NCBI GenBank assembly: GCA_964250355.1
Contig: CAXUGD010000001.1
Location: forward strand, 18,881 to 82,880
Direction: 5' to 3'
DNA length: 64,000 nucleotides
DNA from: an uncultured Acetobacteraceae bacterium
GTDB taxonomy: Bacteria; Pseudomonadota; Alphaproteobacteria; Acetobacterales; Acetobacteraceae
Below are positions 41,455 through 51,485 of this stretch, in pieces. Every line of letters begins with the position of its first letter. The stretch's first letter is position 1. Both the position numbers and the translations under genes were made by a program. Below the pieces are notes generated by a model that had not been told where the DNA came from, did no database searches, and was given only the letters and a program-made list of their open reading frames with translations.

Positions 41455-42110
41455 CAGGACGCGTCGCGGCACGTGTGGGTGACGGGCCAGCCGGCCCGCG
41501 AACTTGGTGTGACGCTGGATGATGCGACTGGCGCGATCTACTCGGCGATCCTGGTGCCTGAGGAGGGCACGGCGTCCACGTTTGCCGGTCTGTTGGAGAC
41601 GTTTGCGGCGCACGGGTTGCCGTGCAGCCTCTACACCGACCGCGGCAGCCACTATTTCCACACGCCTGTGGTGGGCGGCCGGGTCAGCGAGCATGTGCAC
41701 ACGCAGGTTGGCCGCGCGCTGGCCCAGCTGGGGATCGAGCATATCGCGGCCTACTCGCCCGAGGCGCGCGGGCGGTCAGAGCGGGCTTGCCGCACGCTGC
41801 AGGACCGGCTTCCCAAGGAGCTGGCGCTGGCTGGGGTGACGACGGTTGAGGCGGCCAACGCGTATTTGCGAGCGACGTATGTGGCCGAGCACAATGCCCG
41901 GTTTGCGGTGGCGGCCGAGCAGGCGGGAACGGCGTTCGTGCCGGCTGACGGCGTGGTTCTGGCCGAAGTGCTGTGCCACCAGGAAGACCGCACGGTGGGC
42001 AACGACAACACGGTGGTGCTGGAGCGTGTGCGCCTGCAGATCCCGGCCAGCCCGCTGCGGGCGCACTACGTGAGGGCCACGGTGAAGGTGCGCCGCTACC
42101 AAGACGGCAG
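41455..42110 (+). mobile_element. ISNCY-family transposase internal fragment
   Basis: QDASRH.W..LDDATG..LYTDRGSHYF..AYSPEARGRSER..TLQDRL; both ends missing. Confidence 0.8.
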
Positions 42111-42111
42111 C

Positions 42112-42748
42112 CCCCGAACATCGACGCGCTGTTCGGGGCCGAGGTCGACTGGGACCTGATCGCCAGCCACGCGCGGGACATGGTTTTTCAGGTCGTGCTC
42201 TCCACCCAGGCCGGGCGGTTGATGCCACCCATGCTGCTGCACGGCCTCGGCACGGCCACCGCAGGGGCCGGCTTCACCGGGCCTTCCGCGAGCTGGGCCC
42301 GGTCAAGCGCACCCTGTTCCTGTTGCGCTTCATCTCCAGCGCCGCCGCGCGACGGACCATCCGCGCCGAAACGATTAAGATCGAGGCCCAACACGATTTC
42401 CTGGACTCGGTGACGTTCTGCGGACCCGTGGTCAGTAGCGGCGATCACGTGGAGCAGGAGAAGCAGCTCAAATAGGCGAGTCTCGTCAGCAACGCGGTCA
42501 TGCTGTCCAACGTCGCCGACCTCACCCAGGCCCTCTTCGACGCGGCCCGCGACGGCCATCCGGTCACGCCAGAGCGGGTGGCCAGCACCAAACCATACAT
42601 GCGCCGGCACCTCCTGCGCTTCAGCAAGTATTGGCTCGAAATGGACAGCTTGCCGGACACGCTCGATCCCAGCCGCTGCCATTCGAACGAGGCAAGCGCG
42701 CCGGGAAAACCTTATGACCAAATTTCACACGTATCCCGAACCTACCCC
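42112..42748 (+). mobile_element. Degenerate Tn3-family transposase 3' fragment with terminal inverted repeat
   Basis: VDWDLI..QVVLS.QAG..EQEKQLK*..NAVMLSNV..PYMRRHLLRF; ends ..tttcacacgtatcccgaacctacccc (reverse complement begins GGGG). Confidence 0.75.
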
Positions 42749-42983
42749 TGTCGGAGGCGTCATTGCGTTCCTGACACGTGTCGAGCCGCCCCGAGGGGTC
42801 AGCCCCGGGCGCCGATCAGATAAGTGCATCGCGGCCGTGCGTCAGAAGCGCGTGGGTTGTGGCTGCCCCTCACAATAGTCGAGCCCCGCGCAAGAAGCCG
42901 TGGCGATAACCGAGGGCGTCGACGACGAGCGCGCCGCTGTCTGCCGGTCGCCGCGAACATTTCATCCGCCTCCAAAGTGGCGG

Positions 42984-43343
42984 TCACCTGCCCGGCGTAG
43001 CGCGGCCATCCCCGTCCCAGGGCCGAGACGGCGACGACGCGTTTGATGCCGCAGTCGGCGAGCGCCGTCGTGGGGCCCGGCAGAAATCCACATAGGCCGC
43101 ATGGGCGTCCTCGACGGTCGGATCGCCGGGCGGAAGCCAGAACAGGCCGTCCGCGCCCTCGAACGCCTTGGTCACCGTCGCCGCGTCCGCGTGCGAACCC
43201 TGGATGACTTCGATCCGCTCGCGCACTCTGACGGCCAGTTTCGATGGGTCCCGTATGATGACGCGAACGGGCTCGGAACCGTCCAAGAGCCTGGCGAGGA
43301 CTTGGCTGCCGATGTTCCCGGTCGGAGCGGTGACGACGATCAC
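42984..43343 (-). pseudogene. NmrA-family protein, N-terminal fragment
   Basis: VIVVTAPTGNIGSQV..GSHAD..LFWLPP; frameshift near 43075 and truncated. Confidence 0.75.
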
Positions 43344-43458
43344 GGTGGGTCCCCTACGACGGCGACAGAGTGATGGGAACACCCGGATCGGGACGTCGGC
43401 GTGCGGATCGTCCGCGACCAAGCCCGTCGCCGTCGATGTCTCCGCGACCGTGGCGGCA

Positions 43459-44358
43459 TCACGGCTTCATCGCTTGGATGCGAGGGACATCGACCCCGCT
43501 CGTCGCGCGCGGCGCGGCCGCCACCATGTCGTCCACCAGGTTCCCGTATTCGGTCATGCCCGTCGCCAGCAGCTCGCGGAACGACCGGACGCGGGACAGG
43601 CCCCAGAACATCGCAGTCAGGGCAGGCGTCGGCAAGCGGTCGAGCCGTCGCTTGGATTTGGGATGGATCGGGTGACCGAGCGCCTTGAGCAGGCCGAAGC
43701 TCGCCTGGACGCCGTGCGCGACGACCCGCGCTTCGGCCCATGACGCGCCGCCGCCGCGGCGCTCGCCTGCGATTGAGACGCTCTCGCACGCCACGCACAG
43801 CGGCACGTGGCAGCGCAGCCAGAGCGGCATGTCGAGTTCCAGGGCGGCGGGGAGCCCGGCTGCGTTGAACACGTCCACCCAGCGCGCGGCGGACATGATC
43901 GTCTTTTGCCCGCCCGCGCCTATCACCGTTTTGAGCCTGCCGTCCACGTCGAGCAGGCCCTGGACGAACGGCATGCCGAACGAACATCGATCAGGACCAA
44001 CGGCCTCGCCGAAGCGCTCGGGGTGGAAGGTGTTGAACATGAACTGGATGCGCGCGGCGGCGCTGCGCCTCAGGCTTGGAAGGAGGGCGTCCGCCTGGCG
44101 GTCGAGCAACGTGACGATCAGCAGATCGTAGGACGTCTCTTCATCGAGGACATCGAGGACTCGGACGGCGGCGCGCCCGCCGTCGACCTTCACGATCCCG
44201 CCGTCGCGCCGCAGCTGTGCTAGCCTCGGCGAGTCCGGCCGCGCGATGACGGTGACATCGTGACCCCCCGTCCGGGCAAACTGGAAAGCGAAGGTGCTGC
44301 CGATCTTGCCGGATCCGACGATGGCGATGCGGAGTGGGGAGGAATTCGCGGCCATCAT
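43459..44358 (-). CDS. Ketopantoate reductase-family protein
   Basis: IAIVGSGKIG, FMFN, WLRCHVP. Confidence 0.8.
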   Translation of the reverse strand: MMAANSSPLRIAIVGSGKIGSTFAFQFARTGGHDVTVIARPDSPRLAQLRRDGGIVKVDGGRAAVRVLDVLDEETSYDLLIVTLLDRQADALLPSLRRSAAARIQFMFNTFHPERFGEAVGPDRCSFGMPFVQGLLDVDGRLKTVIGAGGQKTIMSAARWVDVFNAAGLPAALELDMPLWLRCHVPLCVACESVSIAGERRGGGASWAEARVVAHGVQASFGLLKALGHPIHPKSKRRLDRLPTPALTAMFWGLSRVRSFRELLATGMTEYGNLVDDMVAAAPRATSGVDVPRIQAMKP

Positions 44359-44439
44359 GTCTCCCCTTTTTGCGCGCTGATTGACAGGCGGTGTTCACGC
44401 CACCTGTTCTGGACCCCAGCCCGCGTGCAGCGGCGCCCG

Positions 44440-44615
44440 CCATAACCATGGGCGGCTCCGGCGCGTCAGGTGCACCACGGTCAGCATGACCCGCAACTTG
44501 ACCAGGACGCCCACGACGCCAGCCAGTGCGGCCCCGCACTGGAAGCCCGACAGCGCGCTGGCGGTGGCCACCGCCAGCTCGGAGAAGTTCGAGGCGCCAA
44601 TGAGGGCGGTCGGGC
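44440..44615 (-). pseudogene. acr3: Acr3 arsenite efflux transporter, C-terminal remnant
   Basis: ALIGASNFSELAVATASALSG...GAALAGVVGVLV..VMLTVV matches the Acr3 ASNFFELAVA..GAALATVVGVL..PVML motif. Confidence 0.7.
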
Positions 44616-44805
44616 GGCCACGCAACATTCGACGCCGAGCCGCAGGACCAGCCGGTAGGCTAGCAGTCAAGTCTAGCCGATCGAGCGGCGCCATTTGGGG
44701 TAAGTTGCCAAACCGTTTACTGTTGTTTCGCAATCCACGCGATTGTATTGAGTGTTGCGGGTCTCGGCGAGGTGCCAGGGCGACACCGGGGCGAGGGCCC
44801 GCTTG

Positions 44806-47715
44806 ATGGGTCTTCGGCTCAGTCTCCGCCTGACGTCACCGTGCGGCGCCTTGATGATCGCGGCCGCCGCGGTCGGCTGGCTGGCACCCGATGCCTTGGC
44901 AAATCCGCTTGTCCGCATGACCCGAACCGTCTGGGGCTGCGTCGACCCGAACGTGGCTCCGGCCATGAACGCCCCCCGCAATCCTGATCGCTCGGATCCG
45001 CAATGGGTCGAGAAGTCGCGAACCGAAGGCGAATGCGTCTCCATATCTCCCAGAAGCGTCTGGGAACCGTTGAGCCAGGACCATAACGGGCTGACCTACG
45101 TGGCATACAGGGGCACAACGGGCAGGCCGGGCTCGTTTTGGGTCCCGACGGCGGCCATGACCCGCGTCGCGCCGCCGGCTAAGGTCCCTCCACCTGCGCC
45201 CGCACCGTCACCGCCCGGGCCAGCGACGTCGGTGGCCCAGCCTACGGCAGCGCGGCCCGAATCGCCGCAACGTCCGGCCGCCGCGCTGGCCGAGCCGATC
45301 CCTCCCGCCATGGCGACGCCCGCTTCGGCGCCGCTGGCGGCGAAGGAGCCGGACGGGCCGGTGGCCAACACCGTCACGACTTCGCAGGGCGAAAGCGCGG
45401 GTGGCGGCCTGACGGCGCTGCTTTTCCTTTTCGGAGGCGGATGGTTGGTCCGCCGCTTGCTGCGACGTTCAAAGCGCCGCGGCCGGGGAGCGCCACTGCA
45501 AGCGCCGAAGCGGACGTCGAGCTCCGTTCCGGCAACGAATGGCAAGCATCGGAGCACCAAGGCTCCGCCGCTCCCCAGTGGCCCCACCATTGTAATGGGC
45601 GGTCTCCGTGTCGAGCTGCAATCGTCGCCTCGGGCACCCAGCGCCCCGGTCAGGGGAACCGGCAGGTCGTCGCACATCTGGAATCCGCCGGGCGTAACAG
45701 TGACCGTGGCAGGCGTGACCGTCCCGGACGGAATGGTCTACGTGGGGCGCTCGACCGCCCAATGGGGCGAGCACGATTCCAGCTTCGTCGATCCCGCGCT
45801 ACCCGTCGCCCAAAGCTCCGCGTCGGCCGGTTCCTTGGGATACTGGCCATCCTACAAGGGCATCACTCCGGAGTGCAGGCGCCGATACCTCGAGTGGCTC
45901 GCGTCAGGCAAGCAGGCCCCGGAAGCCGATGTAGGATACGCCTTCCTTTACTTCTACGGCCTGGAACGGAGATTGCTTCTCGACACGCCACCGACGGAGG
46001 AAGTCCGTGCGCTCGTTGCGGAACTCCAGCGCCTGCGCACGATTTACGAGGGGAACGGGTCCTTCAACGGATACAGCAACCGCCTGCTCGAGGCCGTCGC
46101 CTTATTGCAGGAGGCTACTACGCACCGCACGGCGCCATTCGTTCCGGATCTCGAGTCCGGCACGGGCGAAATGCCGCTGACCCTCAAGGTGGCGATTGCA
46201 CGGGAGGTGGTCGCCGGTCGTCCGCTTGGTTTCGAACTGGCGGCGGCAGCGCTTTTCGGGCTGCGGGAATTCTGCTCGGCGCATCGGCACGTGTTCGACA
46301 GGGGGCGCCCTGCGTTCTTGACCGTTCTGCGTGCCCGGTTCGCCTCCGCGTTCCCGGCCGGGTTTGCTCTCCGGAACCGGAAGGATTCCCATCTCGAACT
46401 CGCGTACAGAGGCGCGTCCGCTGGGTTCAGCCTGGATTTGGCCGCCCGTGCAGGCATCGAGGACCTGCCCGACCCGAAGACTCTGACCTGGACGAAGCTG
46501 CTGGCACTCGGCGCCGCCGTCGCGGAGGAACTGGCTCCCTACGCCAAGGCGCTGGCGTATCATCCGGCACGGGCGGGCGCGTTATACGGTCTGGTCAGCT
46601 GCCCGCCGGAGCTGCGCGACGTCGTAGCACCCGAGGCTCGCCATTGGCTCGAGGCGCTGCCGTCGCCGGGTGCGGTCCCGTTCGGCGAGCTGGCGCGTCA
46701 TGCCATCGGCACCACGACGGCCAAGTGGACGATCCGCCACCGGCGACTAATAAGCGAGGCGTTGTCAACAATGGGATTTGCCATGGAGCCCGATCCCGAG
46801 GATGGCACCGAGCATTTGGAGGATCGCACGATCGTCCAGGTGTTCCGTTGCGGGGCCACGACCAAATCGCGGCCCATGGAGGTCGCGTCCGCCGCCGCAA
46901 TGCTGGTTGCGGCCGTCGCCAGGACAGCCGAAGGAGGTGTGGCGGCACGCATCGCCGACCACTGGCTTTCGAGGCTGCCGTCCCGGCTGTCCTTGAAGGC
47001 CGACCAGACTGCCCGCCTCCGCGCGCGGTTGGCTTGGCTGGATGGAAAGCCAGTGACGCTCGCGAGGGCCAAGCGCGTGTTGGGCGACGCAACGGCCGAC
47101 GAACGCGAGTTCTGCGCCTGGTCCGCCACCGCGGCTGCTGGCGCAGCCGGTGAGGTAGCCAAGCCGCAGGTCGCCTTGCTCGAGGCGATACACGACGCCC
47201 TCGAGGTGCCACGCGGCACCCTCTATGCCGGTCTGCACGCCGGCATCGGTGCCGCGACATTCGCGGCGGGAGAACCGATCCTGGTGTCGGACGAAGTCTC
47301 GGAGGTGCTCCATCCGATACCGCGGCCGCCGAAATCCGAGCCGGTGGACCTCGACGCTGGACGTCTAGCCCGCATCCGGGCGGAAACGGAGCGCGTGTCG
47401 GCGATGCTTGCCGACATCTTCCTCGAGGACGAGCCGCATGCTCCGGCTCCGGAGCCAGTCGGAGACGACAACTTTCCCGGTCTGGACACCCAACATGCTT
47501 CGCTCCTGTCGAGGCTGCTTTCCCGGCCGGAATGGCCGCGCGCCGAGTTCGACGGCGCAGCATCTGAGGCCGGCTTGATGCCCGACGGCGCGATGGAAAC
47601 CATCAACGAATGGGCGTTCGACCATCTCGGCGGTGCAGTCCTCGACGACGGCGACGTGGTAGTGGTCCACTGCGCTCTGGTTCCGACGGAGCCGGAAGCG
47701 GTCGCCGCCGAATGA
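44806..47715 (+). CDS. sngA: Shango SngA-like TerB_N/TerB_C membrane protein with N-terminal extension
   Basis: TerB_N motifs YWPSY..YLEWLASG..GYAFLYFYGLERR; TerB_C motifs ETERVSAML.DIF, GLD..H, GLMPDGAMETINEWAFD; TM GLTALLFLFGGGWLVRR. Confidence 0.85.
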   Translation: MGLRLSLRLTSPCGALMIAAAAVGWLAPDALANPLVRMTRTVWGCVDPNVAPAMNAPRNPDRSDPQWVEKSRTEGECVSISPRSVWEPLSQDHNGLTYVAYRGTTGRPGSFWVPTAAMTRVAPPAKVPPPAPAPSPPGPATSVAQPTAARPESPQRPAAALAEPIPPAMATPASAPLAAKEPDGPVANTVTTSQGESAGGGLTALLFLFGGGWLVRRLLRRSKRRGRGAPLQAPKRTSSSVPATNGKHRSTKAPPLPSGPTIVMGGLRVELQSSPRAPSAPVRGTGRSSHIWNPPGVTVTVAGVTVPDGMVYVGRSTAQWGEHDSSFVDPALPVAQSSASAGSLGYWPSYKGITPECRRRYLEWLASGKQAPEADVGYAFLYFYGLERRLLLDTPPTEEVRALVAELQRLRTIYEGNGSFNGYSNRLLEAVALLQEATTHRTAPFVPDLESGTGEMPLTLKVAIAREVVAGRPLGFELAAAALFGLREFCSAHRHVFDRGRPAFLTVLRARFASAFPAGFALRNRKDSHLELAYRGASAGFSLDLAARAGIEDLPDPKTLTWTKLLALGAAVAEELAPYAKALAYHPARAGALYGLVSCPPELRDVVAPEARHWLEALPSPGAVPFGELARHAIGTTTAKWTIRHRRLISEALSTMGFAMEPDPEDGTEHLEDRTIVQVFRCGATTKSRPMEVASAAAMLVAAVARTAEGGVAARIADHWLSRLPSRLSLKADQTARLRARLAWLDGKPVTLARAKRVLGDATADEREFCAWSATAAAGAAGEVAKPQVALLEAIHDALEVPRGTLYAGLHAGIGAATFAAGEPILVSDEVSEVLHPIPRPPKSEPVDLDAGRLARIRAETERVSAMLADIFLEDEPHAPAPEPVGDDNFPGLDTQHASLLSRLLSRPEWPRAEFDGAASEAGLMPDGAMETINEWAFDHLGGAVLDDGDVVVVHCALVPTEPEAVAAE

Positions 47716-47761
47716 CATCGGCCTTCGACAGGATCACGCCTGCCCAAGCGGAGAGCACCAC

Positions 47762-49105
47762 ATGCCGGTCCTGATACCCGCCAAGGAACGCGACGGGGCG
47801 ATCCAGGCCCTGCGCGCGGGCGTCGTGCCGCGCATGGGAATCCGCCACGTGCAGGTCGGGCGCGTGCGGGAGGTTCAGGAGGTGGTCCGGGACATGACCC
47901 GAATTGCCGAGGGCGGCTCGGCGGTCCGCTTCGTCATCGGCGAATACGGCTCCGGCAAGACGTTCTTCCTGATGCTCGCCCGCAATGTCGCCGCCGAGAA
48001 GAAGCTGGTCGTCATGAACGCGGACCTCTCGCCGGAGCGGCGCCTGCATGCGAGCGGCGGCCAGGCGCGCACTCTCTGCGCTGAGCTGGTCCAAAGCATG
48101 TCGACGCGCACGAAGCCGGACGGCGGCGCGCTGGCGAGCGTGCTGGAGCGTTTCCTTCAGGACGTCGGCAAGGCGGCGTCGGCGACGGGCCGTGACCCCG
48201 GCGAGGTAATTCGCGACAAGCTGGAGACGGTCCGCGATGGCGTGGCGGGCTTCGACTTCGCCGAGGTCGTGGTTCGCTATTGGCAGGGTTTCGAGGCTGG
48301 TGACGAGACGCTCAAGGCCGCTGCGCTGCGTTGGTTACGGGCCGAGTACACCTTGAAGACCGAAGCGCGCGAGGCCCTCGGCGTTCGTTCGATCGTGGAC
48401 GATGCGGGCGTCTACGACCCTCTCAAGGCCATCTCCCGTCTCGTTCGCCTCGCGGGTTACGAGGGAACGCTGGTCGTGCTCGACGAGATGGTGAACCTGT
48501 ACAAGCTGGTGAACTCGCAGGCACGCACGTCGAACTACGAGCAGATCCTGCGCATCGTGAACGACGTCCTGCAGGGCAACGCGGAACGGCTGGGGTTCTA
48601 TTTCGGCGGGACGCTGGAGTTCCTGATGGACACGCGGCGGGGGCTGTTCTCCTACGAAGCGCTGCGCTCGCGCCTTGCAGAGAATTCCTTCGCCCGGAAT
48701 GGCCTCGTCGACCTCTCCGGACCGGTCATCCGGCTGCAAAGCCTGACGCCTGACGAGATGCAGATCCTATTGGAACGCCTGCGGCTCCTTTGGGCCGGCG
48801 GCGACGCCCAGCGCGTGCCGATTCCCGATGAGGCGCTCCCCGCTTTCCTTGGCCATTGCTCCAAGAAAATAGGCGACGATTACTTCCGCACGCCCCGGAG
48901 CACGATCCGCGCTTTCCTCGACCTGCTCGCGATCCTGGAACAGAACCCGGGCTCGGATTGGATGACACTGCTTGGCGGGGTCGAGGTCGCGCGCGACTTG
49001 CCGCTCCGGCAGCCCGATACGGATGATGGGTTCGCGGGCTTCGCAATCGCGGAACAAGAGCTCAAGGAGTCGAACGGGGGCGACGGGCTGGCCACTTTCC
49101 ATTGA
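47762..49105 (+). CDS. sngB: Shango SngB-like P-loop ATPase (DUF2791/BrxD-like)
   Basis: LRAGVVPR.G, Walker A GEYGSGKT, Walker B VVLDEMVN, YEALRSRL, YFRTPR. Confidence 0.88.
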   Translation: MPVLIPAKERDGAIQALRAGVVPRMGIRHVQVGRVREVQEVVRDMTRIAEGGSAVRFVIGEYGSGKTFFLMLARNVAAEKKLVVMNADLSPERRLHASGGQARTLCAELVQSMSTRTKPDGGALASVLERFLQDVGKAASATGRDPGEVIRDKLETVRDGVAGFDFAEVVVRYWQGFEAGDETLKAAALRWLRAEYTLKTEAREALGVRSIVDDAGVYDPLKAISRLVRLAGYEGTLVVLDEMVNLYKLVNSQARTSNYEQILRIVNDVLQGNAERLGFYFGGTLEFLMDTRRGLFSYEALRSRLAENSFARNGLVDLSGPVIRLQSLTPDEMQILLERLRLLWAGGDAQRVPIPDEALPAFLGHCSKKIGDDYFRTPRSTIRAFLDLLAILEQNPGSDWMTLLGGVEVARDLPLRQPDTDDGFAGFAIAEQELKESNGGDGLATFH

Positions 49106-49121
49106 GCCGTCAGCGTCAGCC

Positions 49122-51359
49122 GTGACGGTATTCGATACCCTCCACGAGAAGGTCCGTCGCTGGATCTGGCAGCAGGGCTGGGAGGGGCTGCGGGACGCCC
49201 AAGAACGGTCCATCCCCATCCTGCTCGGCGGCGAGCGCGACCTCGTGATCATGGCGGCGACTGCGGGGGGCAAGACGGAAGCGGCTTTCCTTCCGATAGT
49301 ATCCCATCTCGCGAGCGAGCCGCCTGCCGCAGGTGAGGGCTTTCAGGCAATCTACGTCAGCCCGATGCGGGCGCTCATCAACGACCAGTTCGGCCGCATG
49401 GAGAGCCTATGCGGCGAGCTCGACGTCGAGGTCACGAAGTGGCACGGCGACGTCTCCGAGAGCGTGAAGGCCAGGGCGCGCAAGAACCCGTCGGGCGTCG
49501 TGCTCATCACCCCGGAGTCATTGGAGGCATTGCTCGTCCGGCGCGGGAAGGAGGTCGCGCGACTGTTCCGCGCGCTGCGCTACGTCGTCATCGACGAGAT
49601 GCACGTCTTCCTGGACGACCCGCGCGGCAAGCAACTCCAGTCGGTCCTTCACCGCATCGACCTTGCCTCGGGCACCCGCCCTGTACGCGTGGGTCTGTCG
49701 GCGACGCTGGCCGACGAGGACGCGGCGCGCGCGTTCCTGCGACCGCTTGACCCGGCTCGGGTGGACGTCCTTCCGCCCGGACCGGGCGGCCCGCCCATCA
49801 AGCTCCAGTTGCGTGGATACGTCCGGCCGGCCAATTCCAGGCAGGCGCCGCAAGCAAATCGCGATGGCGAGACGCCGGTGCCCGTTGACCCCTCGGACGC
49901 CGCTATTGCCCGCCACCTGTTCGAGACGCATCGTGGCCATCGCAGCCTCATCTTCGCCGGTGCGCGCGGCGCGGTGGAGACCACCACGGTCCACCTGTCC
50001 GAAATGGGCGAGGCGGCGGGCGTGCCCGAGGAGTTCTTCGCGCACCACGGCAACCTGTCTCGTGAGCGCCGCGAGCATGCCGAGCAACGGATGAAGGACA
50101 GGAGCCGTCCGGCCTCCATCGTATGCACGACCACGCTGGAACTCGGCATCGATGTCGGTGAGATCGAGGCGGTCTCACAACTCGGTCCAGGTCACACCGT
50201 CTCGGGGATGAGGCAGCGCCTGGGCCGGTCAGGACGCAGGCCCGGCCAAGCCGCCGTGATGCAGGTCTACGTCAAGGAAGGCGAGCTGACCGAAGCGGCC
50301 CATCCGCTGGACGCGCTACGAGCGCACACGGTGCAGGCGATAGCCATGCTGAACCTGATGCTCAGGAAGTGGAACGAGCCGCCCGAGCCGCGTCGCCTCC
50401 ATTTGTCCACGTTGCTCCACCAAGTCATGGCCCTGGTCGGCCAGCGGGGCGGCGTCGCACCAGCGGAGGCCTGGGACATCCTCGTTCGGAGCGGCACCTT
50501 CAGCGGGGTGGACGCCGGACTGTTCAAGCGGCTCCTGCGAAGGATGGGCGAGCCCGAGGTCGGCCTCCTCGAGCAGGCGCGAGACGGCACGCTGCTGGCG
50601 GGCCCGGCGGGAGAGCGCCTTCTCGAGAGCCGGGACATCTTCGCCGTGTTCATATCGCCTGAGGAATACAAGGTCATCGCGGAAGGCGGCCGCGCGATCG
50701 GGCAGGTCCCCGGCGAGAACCCCTTCTCACCCGGCGAGATGCTGATGCTGGCGGGACGCAGGTGGCGCATCGTCGAGGTGGATACCGAGCGGCGCGAGCT
50801 TTCCGTTCGCCCGGCCCGCGGCGGCAACCCACCGATCTTCGGCGGAGACCTTCGCCCCCCGTCGGACGGCGTCGTGCAGGAGATGCGCCGTGTGTGGGAG
50901 GACTTCACCTTCCCTGCCTACCTGGACGCGTCGGCGAAGCAACTCCTCGTCGAGGCGCGTACGACCTACGACCGGTTGGGGCTCCGCGGCGCTCCGGTCA
51001 CTCGGCACGGAGGACAACTCCTGCTATTCCCGTGGGTCGGCGGGCGCAGGCAGCAAGCGCTGATCCTGGCACTCGTCCGCGACGAACTCGAACCCGCTCA
51101 GTTGGGAATTGCAGTCGCGGTCTCGGCGCACAAGGAATCCGGATTAGTGAAAACGCTCACAAGGTTGGCTGGCAGCACTTCCCTTGATGCGCTCGAACTG
51201 GCGCGACTGGTCGAGAACAAGGAAATCGAGAAATTCGACGCATACCTCGGCGACGAACTCCTGGCGCTCGCCTGGGCGTGCGACCGCATCGACGTCGAGA
51301 ACCTGCCAGCTATGGCTTCGATGCTGCTTTCAGGCGTCGCCTTGAGCGAGTCCTCTTAA
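49122..51359 (+). CDS. sngC: Shango SngC-like Lhr-type DEAD/DEAH helicase
   Basis: TAGGKTEAAF, TPESLE, DEMH, GLSAT, HHG, TLELGIDVG, QRLGRSGRR; start approximate. Confidence 0.88.
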   Translation: MTVFDTLHEKVRRWIWQQGWEGLRDAQERSIPILLGGERDLVIMAATAGGKTEAAFLPIVSHLASEPPAAGEGFQAIYVSPMRALINDQFGRMESLCGELDVEVTKWHGDVSESVKARARKNPSGVVLITPESLEALLVRRGKEVARLFRALRYVVIDEMHVFLDDPRGKQLQSVLHRIDLASGTRPVRVGLSATLADEDAARAFLRPLDPARVDVLPPGPGGPPIKLQLRGYVRPANSRQAPQANRDGETPVPVDPSDAAIARHLFETHRGHRSLIFAGARGAVETTTVHLSEMGEAAGVPEEFFAHHGNLSRERREHAEQRMKDRSRPASIVCTTTLELGIDVGEIEAVSQLGPGHTVSGMRQRLGRSGRRPGQAAVMQVYVKEGELTEAAHPLDALRAHTVQAIAMLNLMLRKWNEPPEPRRLHLSTLLHQVMALVGQRGGVAPAEAWDILVRSGTFSGVDAGLFKRLLRRMGEPEVGLLEQARDGTLLAGPAGERLLESRDIFAVFISPEEYKVIAEGGRAIGQVPGENPFSPGEMLMLAGRRWRIVEVDTERRELSVRPARGGNPPIFGGDLRPPSDGVVQEMRRVWEDFTFPAYLDASAKQLLVEARTTYDRLGLRGAPVTRHGGQLLLFPWVGGRRQQALILALVRDELEPAQLGIAVAVSAHKESGLVKTLTRLAGSTSLDALELARLVENKEIEKFDAYLGDELLALAWACDRIDVENLPAMASMLLSGVALSESS

Positions 51360-51485
51360 GCTCCCGAAGGGCGAAGTTGACCATTGAAACCTGCTTGACT
51401 TCATCCCGAAACCGGTTTCGCCCGGGTCCGCATGGGCATTCGCATGACCACGGAATGTAGCAACGATGCTTGGAGCAGGTGAACC

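Noticed and set aside
44806-47715. Tellurite resistance ter operon
   Set aside because: No terA/C/D/Z genes; TerB_N/TerB_C architecture is that of SngA
47762-49105. BREX system (BrxD-like ATPase)
   Set aside because: No pglZ, pglX or brxC; the TerB and Lhr-helicase context fits Shango
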